NCBI RefSeq assembly: GCF_009914755.1
Contig: NC_060937.1
DNA: 64,000 bases
DNA from: the human T2T-CHM13v2.0 reference genome, Homo sapiens
Strand: one strand, 5' to 3'
Shown here piece by piece: positions 1 to 14,999 of this stretch. The position numbers were made by a program, and so were the translations under genes. The notes under the pieces are model-generated. The model saw only the letters and a list, made by a program, of their open reading frames with translations. It searched no databases and was not told the DNA's origin. Every line of letters begins with the position of its first letter. Within the stretch, counting starts at the first letter, position 1.

Positions 1-1199
1 TCAGTTCCTAAGAGAGCAAAGAGATTGAAGAATTGATCTGAAGGGGTTATGTGATAACTGGCATAAAAGCACTGAGAATCATGTTTTTATATATAAAGTA
101 AGCAATCGTATGTGTTAGCTAATTGTTTGCAACTGCCTACACCAAAATTATAGACTTTTGTGATTGCTGTCATTCTTCACTCTACCTTTATCTACATGTA
201 CAGAAACTTTCAGGGCACACATGATTAATTGTGTTATAGCATTACTAGCTTTAATAACAGTATGGATTTCAAGTGAAATAATTTTCCCATAGCTGCTACT
301 AATTTAAAAATAATCAGCAATAAACATGATGTAGGGTTTCATTTGTGAGAAAGTCTAAACATTTCCAATTTAAAGAAAATGATAATTTATTGAATTTTCA
401 CTTGTCCCTTCACAGGTCATTAGTTAAATATTTAGTATTTTTACATGTATAGAGAAAAAAACAAAATAAAATCAAAGTGTGCATATACAATTTTATCAAG
501 TATCATTCTATGATAGTATTTTTAATTTAGAGCCATGGGTTAGCTATAAATACAATATTTCAGATAATGGAAAAGGAATAAATAATCATTTCTGAAAGTG
601 GATTCATTTCTAGGAACTGATATGATACAAAATGATAATTGTACTTATATTGTTTTATTCAGAATATGACAATTAACTATGTTTTTATAACTGATTAAGA
701 TAATTTGAATTCTAAATGACATATTTTAATATTGAGATTAGCAATTTAATATAATTAGCATTAAATTACTTCTAATTTTCACAATTCATGAATTGAAAAT
801 ATAATAGCACAGAGAGCTATATTAGATTCTCAAGCCAAACATCCAGCACTAACTTAGAAATTGCCATTAGGATACATTTTAGTTTATAATTTTCTGAGGG
901 AAGCTTAAACTTTCTTGTTTTTTATTTTTATTTTATTTGAGTGTATGCAAATGCATCCTCTATAATTATATGAACATAGTATATAATTATCTTATATATA
1001 TTTGAGAAATGTCAGACCACAGGTGACACTTACATCCATGGGAAGCATAGCAAAATAAAACATGAACTTACAGTACTGAGTCCTGAAATATCTGTACCTT
1101 TATATATTAGGTAATAAAGGAGAAACAAGCAAAGTGTGTTGAAATGGTTGGACTATTTATGTATGAAAAGCAAAACAACAAAACTCAGGGAGAAAGTAT

Positions 1200-2450
1200 T
1201 GTAAGATGGCCAAGAAATGAAGGCAGTTCATAACTACTGGTATGATAAAATATATATTAAAATCCTAATAGTGTGAGTAAAAATGACAGAGAGGCTTCGC
1301 TAGATTTTAAAACATGGAGATTGTTAACGACATTGATAAAAAGAGTTTCAGTGGATTGATCAGTGCAAGGCTAGTTTATATTATGAAATGATTTGGAATT
1401 TTGGCAAAATGAAACAGTTCAAGAAATTGTTTTGTAATAAACTATTAAAAACATAGCTATGCAGGAATATGGAGCTAAGATTTAGGAGAATTTTGCTTTG
1501 CTTTATTTTAATGAATAGGAGATACCACCCATATCATTATACTGATGGAAATGATACAATAGAAAAGGAAAAACATATGGTATAAAGCATAGAAAAACTA
1601 ACAGAACAAAGTCATTCTAAAGGTAGAAAGAGAAAATTCCTAAGCATCGTGATAGGTATTAGCCTTTGTTAGTGAGAAATGTATTTTCTCTTGGAATAGG
1701 GAAGGGAAAGATAGAAGGAAAGTCAGTGGGTCCTTAAGCTCATTGAGAACAAGATAAGAATTGTACATTAATCCTAACTTTTAAAAAATGAATTATATGT
1801 TTAAAACATGTCAGAAGTAAAATTGTAGAGATTTAAGGAAGTTGGGGTAGTATAAAATTATCTTGCTTAGGTGTAAAATAGAGATCCTATTTTTAATTGG
1901 TGAGGACAAAAGCATGCCAACTTATGCCCTGTGATCATGCATTTCTAGCCAAACCAGTCTGCTTTATTTGTGTATATTCAATAACTTAACAATAATTAAG
2001 TCCTTGTATAAAAGACCTAAGAAGATAGCAGAAGGGGTAATTTCTTGTCAAGATTTTTCAGTAAAAGTACGAAGGAAAAAGAAACAAGAAGTGGAAGGTA
2101 TTTACCAAGTAATGGCTAGAATTATAGTGGCCTGTGGGTGCTAGACCAGACTTGAAATGTGCCTACGGATAGAAAGAGACATAGTGGGTCAGCAGAGAGA
2201 TTGATATGGTTGAAAACCTATACCCATGGGATCGTTTAAGTGGAAAAATATTAGTAGGTTGTCAAAATATTATATTGAAAATTTTAGAGATGTTCAAGTG
2301 AAGACAAAGGTCAGGCTATGCTCATAAGACTTGTGACTCATCAATATCGAAAGGCAGTGGCTCCTGTGAAAGAAATTCAGAGATCTGATGTGTGGTTATA
2401 TCAGAAGGTCTCTAAAATCCATTCCTACAAATGATTCTATTGTGATTCTA
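1200..2450 (-). mobile_element. Highly diverged L2 LINE fragment
   Basis: Purine-rich stretch with motifs resembling antisense L2 (gagtttcagtggattg at ~1343; ggagataccacc...actgatggaaatgatacaatagaaaagg at ~1518-1568). Boundaries approximate. Confidence 0.55.
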
Positions 2451-2699
2451 GTGAATTGGAGAAGAAAGGTGTGTTATGAGCATCAATTATTTGTAATCTA
2501 TCCCTACACGATACAATTTTCCTAGCTTGTCAGTTTCTTCTTTGATAGAATGATACATTGTTCTAAATTATTCAACTCTTCCCTTTGTCACATGACTTTG
2601 GAGTTAGTCGAATTTGACTTGGTTTTATACTTTACCATTTGACTTTTTTTATTAATAAGTAATATTATTAGATGTTAAACAAGCAGAGACTTTAAATGT

Positions 2700-2956
2700 G
2701 CGTGTGCATTTTGGATGGCCCTCTTTTGTGCTCCTGTGATTTTTTTTATTAAAAGAATATTCTCGGGTAGTCACTTCTCCAAGGAAAGTAAAACAGACCT
2801 GGAGAAGACCCGAGCTCAACCAGTATCTTGGAGTCAGGTCCATCCAGTCAAGCTTAGCAGAGCCAGAGAGCCTATTTACAAATCCTTGAGTGAGAAAAAC
2901 AATGATTTGTTAATAAGCTAGTTAGATTCCTGTTATGTAGCAAATTGTGACATACT
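2700..2956 (+). mobile_element. Old MLT1-type MaLR LTR remnant
   Basis: 3' end gttaataagctagttagattcctgttatgtagcaaattgtgacatac resembles the MLT1 LTR terminus. Confidence 0.45.
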
Positions 2957-3537
2957 CTTCCTTGGGATTAAGATGGGTGTAGTAGTAATGGTAATGTGTT
3001 GCTTAGAAAAATAATTTTTCACTCCAATATTTTCGGTGTCACAATTGGTTACACATCACTGCAATTTCATATTTTTCTTCTAATAAGGAAGAATGAATCT
3101 TAAAAATATTAGGTCAAAATTTTATAGCTATAAGAGACCTTACAGTTTATATAAACTCAAATATTCTGTGACTCTGATAAAGTAAATCAAATAGCCCAAA
3201 GTCATACTCTTATTTTAGGACACTTTATGCTAGAAATCAACACCAGGAATGAGATTTATTTTTTTCTTTATTGAAAAAAATCTCATTTTTCTTCTCTCAA
3301 AAACTTTGTTATCTTCAAAGATAAAAACTCACCTCTTTTTATTTCAATATATGTATTTTTTAAAATAAAAGTTATAATTCATGTAACTTCTGTCAAATGA
3401 TTTATCTCTTAGTTAAAAATTTCCCATGAAATATCTCTAACAGAATAATATCCTTTGTGTATTTCAAAGGCCAGGTGGAAATAGTCTTACCAACAACAAT
3501 AGTAAATTGAAATGGAAAAATTACTGTTAGATAAAGA

Positions 3538-4169
3538 AACTTACAAGTTCTTGGAAATCACAACAATTTTACCATAATTGTATTATATTATATAATTACT
3601 TTATTTTACTTATATAAATAATTAAGTTTTTTTACTTACATAAATAATAAATAAGTAAAAAAATTATTATTATACTTATATGAATAAGAGTTAAGTTTCT
3701 ATGACATATCTCCAGTCACAAAAAAATAATGAATCATTTTTCTTTAGACCAAAATGCTTCTAATGTTAAACATTGAAATCAATGTGAGCTATACATACAT
3801 TCTTTAAAGACTTGTAAAAAAAAGTAAGAAAATTATTTGCCTAGTTATTCCATTTCAGGGTCATGGGTGGCCTGAGCCTGTCCTGGCAGCTCAGGAGTAA
3901 GGTGGGAATCAGCCGTCCCATGTCGGGGTGCACTCACATATGCCCTGACATTCACTCAGACGGGGGCCAATTAGACAACCAGTTCACCCAACGTGCACTG
4001 TTTTGGGATGTCGGAGGAGACCAGAGTACCCAGAGAAAACCCATGCAGACATGGGGAAAACATGCAATCTCCAAAAAGACAGTGACCTCATCTGAGAATG
4101 AGTTTTTTCCTCATCAATGTTATAATGAAATGTCATTGAAGGAAACAAAGTTATCTGAGGATCTGCTGT
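3538..4169 (-). mobile_element. MER6A (TcMar-Tigger non-autonomous DNA transposon)
   Basis: Reverse complement starts cagcagatcctcagataac after a TA. It contains ccccatgtctgcatgggttttctctgggtactctggt and tgtatgtatagctcacattgatttcaatgtttaa, as in MER6A. An AT-rich insert lies at ~3581-3680. Confidence 0.8.
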
Positions 4170-5058
4170 ATATCCAAATTCCAAGCTCATAAAATTTCCT
4201 AGTAATAAGGATGGTCTAAAAGAACTGGAGAAATGGAGCACTTTTGTGCCCTACCCAAGTCCCTCTTATCAGCTTTAGTTTTGCATCCTGTTATTGATGT
4301 TATCCATCATAAAAAATATAAAAAAGGACACAATCTCAGCCCAAAATTTGATTTCTGTGAAGGCGGAAGGGAGAAGCATTTAGATTGAGGGCTGACATTA
4401 CTGCAGCAAAGCTCTCACAGCTGTTGGTAATGAGGAATGACCTCCAAGGACCAGATCCTTATTTAAAGGTTAATTTAAAAAACTTTCTGATAAATAAAAT
4501 TCTGAAATTGATACTAGTTAAGGCAGTCACCAAAACTGTAATGAAAGAACTGCTAAATGTATTAAGATAACTATATTTCCAGAAATAATCCAAAGAGCTG
4601 GTGGCTGTTATCCTAAGGTAATTCCTGAGATTTTGTAAAGCTGACTGACTGTAATGGACTATTAACTTTCTCCTACAAAGTTCTCCTAAAGTCCCTGGTC
4701 TCAGGAACTGCCATGGAGTTTTTGGACAAAGAGATCCTCTCTGCCAAGTACAATCATGATCAGTCAGATGTGCTGTCCAAGGATTCCACTCCATTGCCAA
4801 TGAGGCATCTGTGTTCTTGTCTCTGATGTTAACATAGACTGGCTTGGTGTATATTTTTTGGCACTTGTCAATTATTTTTAAAGTTAAAAGTGAAGTTTTT
4901 TTTATTGTTAATTTCCTTCACCATTTTCCTTCACCATTGTATATTTGGTTTGTTTAGCTTGGAAGATAAGGATCAAGAGAAAGTACATCAGATATTGAAA
5001 GAGAAAAACAGTGTCAGCTAGAGATCCTAAAATGTAGGGAGTAATAGTTCTTGACATT

Positions 5059-5638
5059 TGTTGTGCCAAGCCCCTATTAATCTCAATAGAAAAGGTATCA
5101 GATTCAAGAAGCCAAAGAAGAGACCCGGAGACAACTCATGAGACATGGGGGTTTTATTAGGGGCTTACATACAGAAGAGGGAGTCCAGGGGCTGCAGGCT
5201 GGACAGGAGAACTTCATTACATATAGAAACTGTCCAGTGGCAGTAAGGTAGACAACATATCCACCTTGCTACAGTCCAATGGCAGTGGGCTGGGCAACAT
5301 AATTGCATAAGCCAGTGGAGGCAGGCTAGGCCCTGAAACCACAACTACTTGCAAACAGCATGCAGTTTATATAGCATTTCACTTAACACTCTCCCCTTAA
5401 TTGCCATCACCTGGCAACCTTCATTTAACCCATCACTCAGGGCCTCCAGCCCCTGTATGGCCCATGTTTCACTTGACAGGGCAGGAGACACAGATGTTCT
5501 TCGTAGACAAGGTAAGAAATCTCCTGGTTGGTCATACCTAGATTCTCTAGCTCAGAACACACATTCAGATGTGTGTGTCATACAGGGTCATATTCAGGAT
5601 ATGATTAAGTTTTTGGTATCAGGTATATTTACCCTACA
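5059..5638 (-). mobile_element. ERVL-class solo LTR (LTR32-like)
   Basis: TG...CA termini (minus strand starts tgtagggtaaa). Flanks acatt (5054-5058) / acatc (5639-5643) form a 5-bp TSD with 1 mismatch. Minus-strand tatataaa and aataaa are present. Confidence 0.75.
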
Positions 5639-7104
5639 ACATCACTTTGAATTACACAGCTGGATGTGAATTTTGCTGTCTCCTGTTGGGAAATTTGTTA
5701 GTATATTTGCATGTGTATACCCAATTAATTTATATTAAGAGAGGGAAACTTTGAAACTGCAGATATGGAAACAAGCTTGTGTGTGAAATGTGCACATACG
5801 TATCCCCATGCCTGGCAACCAAAGTGTGTGTGGGAGAGGGAGAAGGGAGGGCTAGTACTTAATATAAGTCAGCAGGCTTGACATACTCACAATGATTGTC
5901 CCGAAGGCCAATATCTGTGCAATCATTTACCTTTCTCCTTCCCCACCCACTTTTGTTTTGATATAAGTCATAATTTCTGCTAATATGGTAGATGCTCAAT
6001 GCATACTTGATGACTGACTCAATAGTCCTATTTCCTTTGCCTGTCATGTCTTTGCAACACTGATTTCTCATTTGCAGACTTTCTTTCTAGAGTGTTGAAG
6101 CTTGTGCTTTCAACACTCTAGAAAGATCTCTGTGACTTTCAAAAATAAACATAATTGCTTGATTTTTCTTGCACCCCATACATATTGTTATCAAAAAGAA
6201 TGCCTGATTAATGGTTAAATTATTATTTATAGGTTGGATTCTTGTTTAGTATAAATGTCTTAAAGGCAAAGTCTATATTATCATCTTGTATTTCAGTCGA
6301 CATAAAATCTGGTATAATTTACTCATAAATATCTGTCATGTTATTGAACAAATGTCTATATTTCCTAAAGCAAAGTGTTTGCCTCCTCCAAACAAGACAA
6401 ATATATACAGATATAAAAATAATCTATCAAAATTAATTCCATTGCATTTTAACAGAAGTCATGCATTTGCACTGATATTAGTGCTAGTCTAAGAAATAAA
6501 ATTATTTCATTTTATAGATTTCTATATAGATATACAATGTGTGGTAATTTAAGATAAACAAACATAAAATTATTAAATATGTAGCTATTTATATTCAGTG
6601 TACTGATTCATTTCAATGTTGCAGTTCACCTAAATTTACTAGCTTGGAGGACTTATTTCAAGAATTAAATACTCTGGGGAAATTGTTTTGTAAAGTATAG
6701 ATAAGTTTTTACTAAATATTAATTACTTTTGTTTTTTTCCAAATGTAAGAAAGTTGAAAAATTTAGAGGTATACAATTACAAGAAAATTAAATGAATACA
6801 ATGAAAATATCACTCAAAAACCTTTATTATTTAGTAGTAGTCCTGATTTTAAATTTAGAAAAAAAAACAACCTTAACTACTTTGAAGTCTGTTTGCAACA
6901 AATTATATCCTCTGCCATGAATAAAATTTTAACTAGTCTGACCCATGTCAACAGCTCCATTGCTTCTATTATTATTTCTTTATAGAAACATAGTCTCTTT
7001 ATTCATTTTTCAGTGTGAAGGTATTAGCTATTAAAAATATATGTGAATTTGATACATTTTTATTAGAAATAGCAAATCATTCTTAGGCACATCCAGGGGA
7101 GAGC

Positions 7105-9330
<2,226 letters not shown>

Positions 9331-10654
9331 AAAGTTCCTTCTGAGTGATAAAATACTATTTTTTCATATTATTTGCCATGCTCTTCACTCATTAAGGTAT
9401 TATTTGCTTGATATTAATAACATGTTAACAGAAACCATTGAGGAGATAACTAGTTGTAAAGATAATAGTAAAAATGGTAGTCTCTTGGACAATAATCAAT
9501 GTATATTTATATGCTATTCCATACATAAAAAGACAATATTATAGGTCCAACTCAGTATATGATGTCAAATTTGCCAGAGAGCAAAGGGTAATAATATTTC
9601 TTGATTTGTCATTTGATAATAAATAACAATGTATTTCTTATTGAAATATCATAAATTATTTTTAAATAATCACATTGTATTTTGGTTTACTAAAAAGACA
9701 AGATAAAGCAACAGATTATTATTAAAAATATATGGACATGATATATTTTTAGTCTCTATTGTTTTTTCTCTCCCTTTGAATTATAGTTTTGAAAGAATTT
9801 TCAGCTGGGCATAATGATTTATAAGGAAATTATTGTTTTATAATCTAGTATACTAGGAATATTAGTAATTTATTAGATACAATTGAACTATCTTATTGTC
9901 ATTATACAAGTTTTTAATGTTTAAACATTTTTAATAAAATAATGTTAAACATTATGGGAATTCAAATTTTATTCTTGATTTTTCTTGTAATTGGACTTCT
10001 ATTCTAATTGGAATCATTTTGCAGTATCAGAACAAAGTCCTAAGGGCCTATTTCACTACATACTTACGCATAGTGATGAATAATTAAAATTGTTCACTTT
10101 ATTACGGTTTTTATGAAGAGCAAGGGCATTAAATGACCTATTGAACTTAGAATTCTCATTTGCTTAGGATAACAGTATTGTTACATATATGAAACCCATT
10201 TAAGATAGTGGCAAAGATGTGTGAATCTTCATATTTGATTATTTTGTAAATAAATATAAAAACACTGAGTCTATCAGACTCATCTGTTAAAGTTACAGAT
10301 AAGTATGTTTTGTACATGTATATATGTGTGTATTTGTATATCCTTGGGTTGTTTATGTGAACATACAACATTGGGAAATTATTTTTAAAATAATTAATAA
10401 AATAATTTTTGAAATAATTCTATAAATAATGAATTGGCCCCTAATTTAATCATTGTGGATACCTATAAATATATTTGAACAATTGTATTGTTATAAGTAC
10501 TTTACAACAATAATTCCTTCAGAATGTCACAAGGAATAAACACTATTTTTGTTTACATTTTAGTTATTTATTTTAATGCACATAAAACAAAATTTAGAAT
10601 TCAAAATCTTATTTACTAATATCATTTTCCTAATATCATTTGATTTATATTTTT

Positions 10655-10938
10655 ACAGACTGACACAAATTCAGTAGAAACTCTACTTTGAGTACCCTTA
10701 CAACTATTCTGTTTTTTTGTCTCCAGTACAGTATTTGATAAATTATATGAGACATTCAATGCTTCATTTAAAATAGGCTTTGAGTTAGATAATTTTGCCC
10801 AATTATAGGTTACAGTGAGTGTTTTGAGCATGTTTGAGGTAGACTAGGCAAATTTATGATGTTCAGTAGGTTAAATGTATTAAATCTATTTTCAACTTGG
10901 GATTGGTTTATATGGGAACATAATTTGAGAAGCATCTG
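10655..10938 (-). mobile_element. MER47A-like Tigger DNA transposon
   Basis: Ends gagaagcatctg-ta. Internal aaataggctttgagttagataattttgcccaa...gttttgagcatgtttgaggtagactagg. Confidence 0.7.
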
Positions 10939-11134
10939 TATTTTTTTAATTTCAAAGTCTCCTTTTGTTTCTAGCCTATGATCACCTATTTATATTTTCT
11001 AGAAATAACCAGTATAATCAGAGATCAAACGCCATGTCTTGAGTTAAATGTACTTATATGGACTGGAGTAGAAATTACCAAACTCTATTCATAATTAATA
11101 TAATGGTAGCTAACTTTGCTTATTTCACCTTGTG

Positions 11135-11348
11135 GATCATTCACTCTGTAAAGCACTTTAGGAAACCCTTTCTTATTCAGTCCTAACAAACAATTTTATG
11201 TGGTAAATAATTTCAATCCAGAGCTTAGGAAACTCAGCACAAGAGTGTTCAATTAACTCTGATTATACAGGTCTTGTAGCCAAGAAGTGAAGAGTTCATG
11301 TCTGAATCTAGTCAGAATCAATTCAGAGACCATGTTCTTAGCACTGTA
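11135..11348 (-). mobile_element. MIR SINE
   Basis: Core-like ggaaactcagcacaagagtgttcaattaact and terminal catgttcttagcact. Confidence 0.6.
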
Positions 11349-12905
11349 ATATACTCCCTCCTCTAGGGTGTAGTGATTAAAAGGAGAAGTTGAAAAATAA
11401 GAGATATTAAAGAATTACTCTCTGTTTGCCATTTATTTAATGCGAATGCATTTAGATGTATTGGGAAAAATAATACATAAGAAATCAAACTTAGAAAACT
11501 GACCAAAAATTAAATGGGGATTTAGAAAGTTGTGCTAAGAATTAAGAAACAGTACAGTATTTTCCACAACCTCCTATAATATTAACTCTCCTTCTCACAT
11601 CTACCCATGTGAATAAGAATGCGCAAATGAGAGTTTTTAAAAGATAATGCTCCCTTCCTAAATGCACAGCAATATGTTCAGGTATGTCAAGAGAGCCAGC
11701 CACAACTTGCAGATCTACAAAGCCATGGGTGGAATCTACAAGAACAAGAGAATACCTAGCACATGATGGGAGAGTAAAAAGAGGATTTAAAATATGATGG
11801 TCTTGTTAGTACTGTGTATGTATAGTAATTTGAAAAAATATTAAGTAAAATGATAGTACCTTCACTATATGTAAGAGACTATCACTAAAATTTGTAAAAT
11901 ATTATGTAATGATTTAATGTGCTTATTATATAATTTTAAGGAATTATTACTTTTCATATTGATAGAGTAAGTAGGACAGTACTTTTCTTCCATTATAAAC
12001 AATGAGACAATTGGACAAAATATATGAGGCAGCTGCTTTCAGACATTGGACTATAGGCACTACAGGTTTATTGTCACTAAGTGAAGGGAAACAAATGAAG
12101 TGAGCTCTATAATGACCCTGGCTTTTTGCCTAGAGGCTTTTTTGGGACCATGATGAGGCACCCAAGCATGATGAGTAACTCAAGCAGAGCACAACGTGTT
12201 TCTCAGTTGAGTTATACAAGTTTGAAGAGGTGGAAATGACATTTGCAGACAGAGTGTGATCGTGAGTGGATCTTTTCAGGAAACTTACCAAGAAACCTCC
12301 ATAGTGATCACTTTAAGTCTTTTGAGGAATATAAAGCCATGATTACATAGGATGAACGCTCATGAAACCAGGTACTTGTAACCTCATAAGTTCCTTCTGA
12401 CCAACCAGAGTCAAATTCCTCATGGCATCTGGGGCATTCAGGAGAAACAGCAGTAGTAGTAGTAGTGGTTGTGGTGATAGTAGTAGTAATAATATTTGTA
12501 AACTAACCTGTGAATAAGGGGTACACAACCCACCTTAATAAGACTTTTACAGAATCGTTGAAAGGTTTAAGCTAATCTTCAAAAAATTTAGTGGTTAGTA
12601 AGGACAACATCTAACAAACACTAAAGGAGTATAACAAAATCCAGTCTTATCAACATAAAATTTATAATGCACAGCATCCAACCGAAATTTATTATACATG
12701 AAAAGACACAGGGATGTGTAATTCCAAACCAGTAATCAATAGAAATAAACTCAGTAATGACAGGTATAATGAATTCAGTATGCAAAAACATAAGAACGTA
12801 TATTTCAACTCAGTGAGATATTGAATGAAAAAATAACATAATGAGGAAAGGTAAAAAATGTAGAAAGAACCAAATGAAACATTTTGAAGTTAAAAATATC
12901 TCCTA

Positions 12906-13202
12906 GGCTGGGCACAGTGGCTCACGCCTGTAATGCCAGCACTTTGGGAGCCCGAGGCGGGTGGATCATGAGGTCAAGAGATCGAGACCATCCAGGCCAA
13001 CATGGTGAAACCCCGTCTCTACCAAAAATACAAAAATTTGCTGAGTGTGGTGGCTTGCACCTATAGTCCCAGCTACTTGGGAGGCTGAGGCAGGAGAATC
13101 ACTTGAACCCGGGAGGTGGAGGTTGTACTGTACTCCAGCCTGGCAACAGTGCGAGACTCTGTCTGAAAACACAAACAAACAAACAACCAAAAAAAAAAAA
13201 AA
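12906..13202 (+). mobile_element. AluSc with a ~19-nt right-arm deletion
   Basis: Diagnostic gaggtcaagagatcgagacc and cctggcaacag. Junction ggttg|tactgtactcc. Flanking repeat ctccta. Confidence 0.92.
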
Positions 13203-13281
13203 CTCCTAAATGAAAAATTCCTTGCATAGTATTAGTAGCAGAGAATACACTGCAGAAGGGGAAAATGAACTTAAATACATA

Positions 13282-13708
13282 ATATCTTACTCTGTGTTGC
13301 TAATAAAGAAATATGTGATGCTTGGCCATTTGTAATGGAAAGAGATTTATTTGGTTCATGGTTCTGCAGGTTGCACAAGAAGCATGGTGCTGGCGTCTGC
13401 TTCTAGTGAGGGCTTCCGGCTGCTTCCAGTCATGGCAGCAGGCAAAGAGAAACCAGCATGTACAGAAATCACATGGTAAGAGAGAAAGCAAGAGAGAGGG
13501 TGTAGGAGGTGCTGGACGCTTTCAACAATCAATTCTTTGGGGAGGTAAGAGTGAGAACTCATTCACTCCTGTGAGAACGGCACCAAGCCACTTGAGGGAT
13601 TTGCCTCTACCACCCAAGCACCTTTCACCAGGCCTCACCTCCAACACTGGGGATCCAATGTCAACTTGAGATTTGGTAGGGCAAACAAATCATAACCAAA
13701 CAGTAGTA
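13282..13708 (-). mobile_element. MSTB-type MaLR solo LTR
   Basis: agagatttatttggttcatggttctgcaggttgcacaagaagcatggtgctggcgtctgcttctagtgagg...ggcctcacctccaacactgggg. Confidence 0.85.
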
Positions 13709-13804
13709 CATGACAATAGAAACTGGAAGATAGAAGCATAGAATAAAAGAAGACAAAAAATGAGCAGAATTTTGGCTACTTGAGAAACTTTTATATCTTC
13801 TGCT

Positions 13805-14250
13805 TTTGGTCTAAGATTGCCATTAAAAATTACCGCAAATTTGATGGCCTAAAACAGCAGAATTGTATTCTCGTATAGTTCTGGAATTAGAAAATCTGAA
13901 ATCAAGATGTTGGCAACATTGGTTTCCTCTGAAGTCTCTGAGGGAAGATTTACTTGATTCCTTTCTCCTAGGTTCTGGAGACTGCTGGCAATTCTTGGTG
14001 TCCCTTGGCTTGTAGATGCATCACTCCAATCTCTGTCTCTGTCTTCACATGCCACCCCGCCTCTGTGTGTCTCTCTGTCTTCTCCCCTCTTCTAAGGACA
14101 CTGCTAATTGGTTTTAGGGAATAACCTACATTTAATATGATCTCATCTTGAGATCCTTAATTACATTTTCAAATATCTTTATTCCAAACAAGGTAGTATT
14201 GGAAGTTCCAGGAAAACATGTTTCAGAGGCTGAAATTCAATCCACAAAAC
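13805..14250 (-). mobile_element. MLT1C-type MaLR solo LTR
   Basis: gctggcaattcttggtgtcccttggcttgtagatgcatcactccaatctctg; minus-strand ORF text DWSDASTSQGTPRIAS is typical of MLT1C. Confidence 0.85.
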
Positions 14251-14999
14251 CATGTACTTAGAGTCCCAGATAAAGGAAGATAGGAGGGAAAATGCAAAAC
14301 AATATCTGAAGCATAATATGCCTCAAAATTTTACAGCTGATAACTTTAAAACCACATAACCAAGTGGCTCAATAAACCCCACATAGAATAAACAAAAGGG
14401 AAATTTTCCACAGGCACATAGTAATCAAATTACAGAAACAAATGACAAAAATGCCTCAAAATCTGCTAAATGTATGTATGGTGGAAAACAAAAAATTGAT
14501 GTGTTTAAAGTAACTCAAGAAAGAAACAAACAAACATTATTAACTTAGAATTAATTGTCTGATGGAAAATATTTCTTAACTATATTGGCAAAATACAATT
14601 TTATGAAGAAAAAACAAATCTGGGAGATTTCATTCCAAATTTTCATGCAGTACAATGCTAAAAGATATTCTTCAGGAAGATGCCTACATGTATCTGATCT
14701 GCTCAAAGCAATGCACAATGCAAGAAACTGATTTCTAAGTGAGTAAATATATAATTTTTATAGTGCTTAATTTTTTAATGTGTATTTTATTTCCACAACT
14801 AAATTTTGCATTATATTGGGATATTTTCTTACACACTTATATTCATTTTGATATCATTTTCTTGAAATTTCATCTTATTGCTTTTCCATATTAGTTTTTT
14901 CTCTCTTGAGTCTTTCCTGGGAAGCAAATGTCAATTTCTAGAACTATGAATTTGGGGATCAGTTTTTTCATTTCTGCAAAAGTGAACAACTTTTTTCCT

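Larger units (their letters stand above)
11980..14760 (+). mobile_element. Ancient L1M (L1ME-like) 5'/ORF1 region, interrupted by AluSc, MSTB and MLT1C
   Basis: A-rich degenerate ORF1-like segments (caagtggctcaataaacccc...aggcacatagtaatcaaatt) and the 5' motif ggacaaaatatatgaggcagctgctttcagacattgga. Confidence 0.6.

Noticed and set aside
4912-4938. tttccttcaccat tandem duplication
   Set aside because: Trivial short slippage duplication, common in such DNA.
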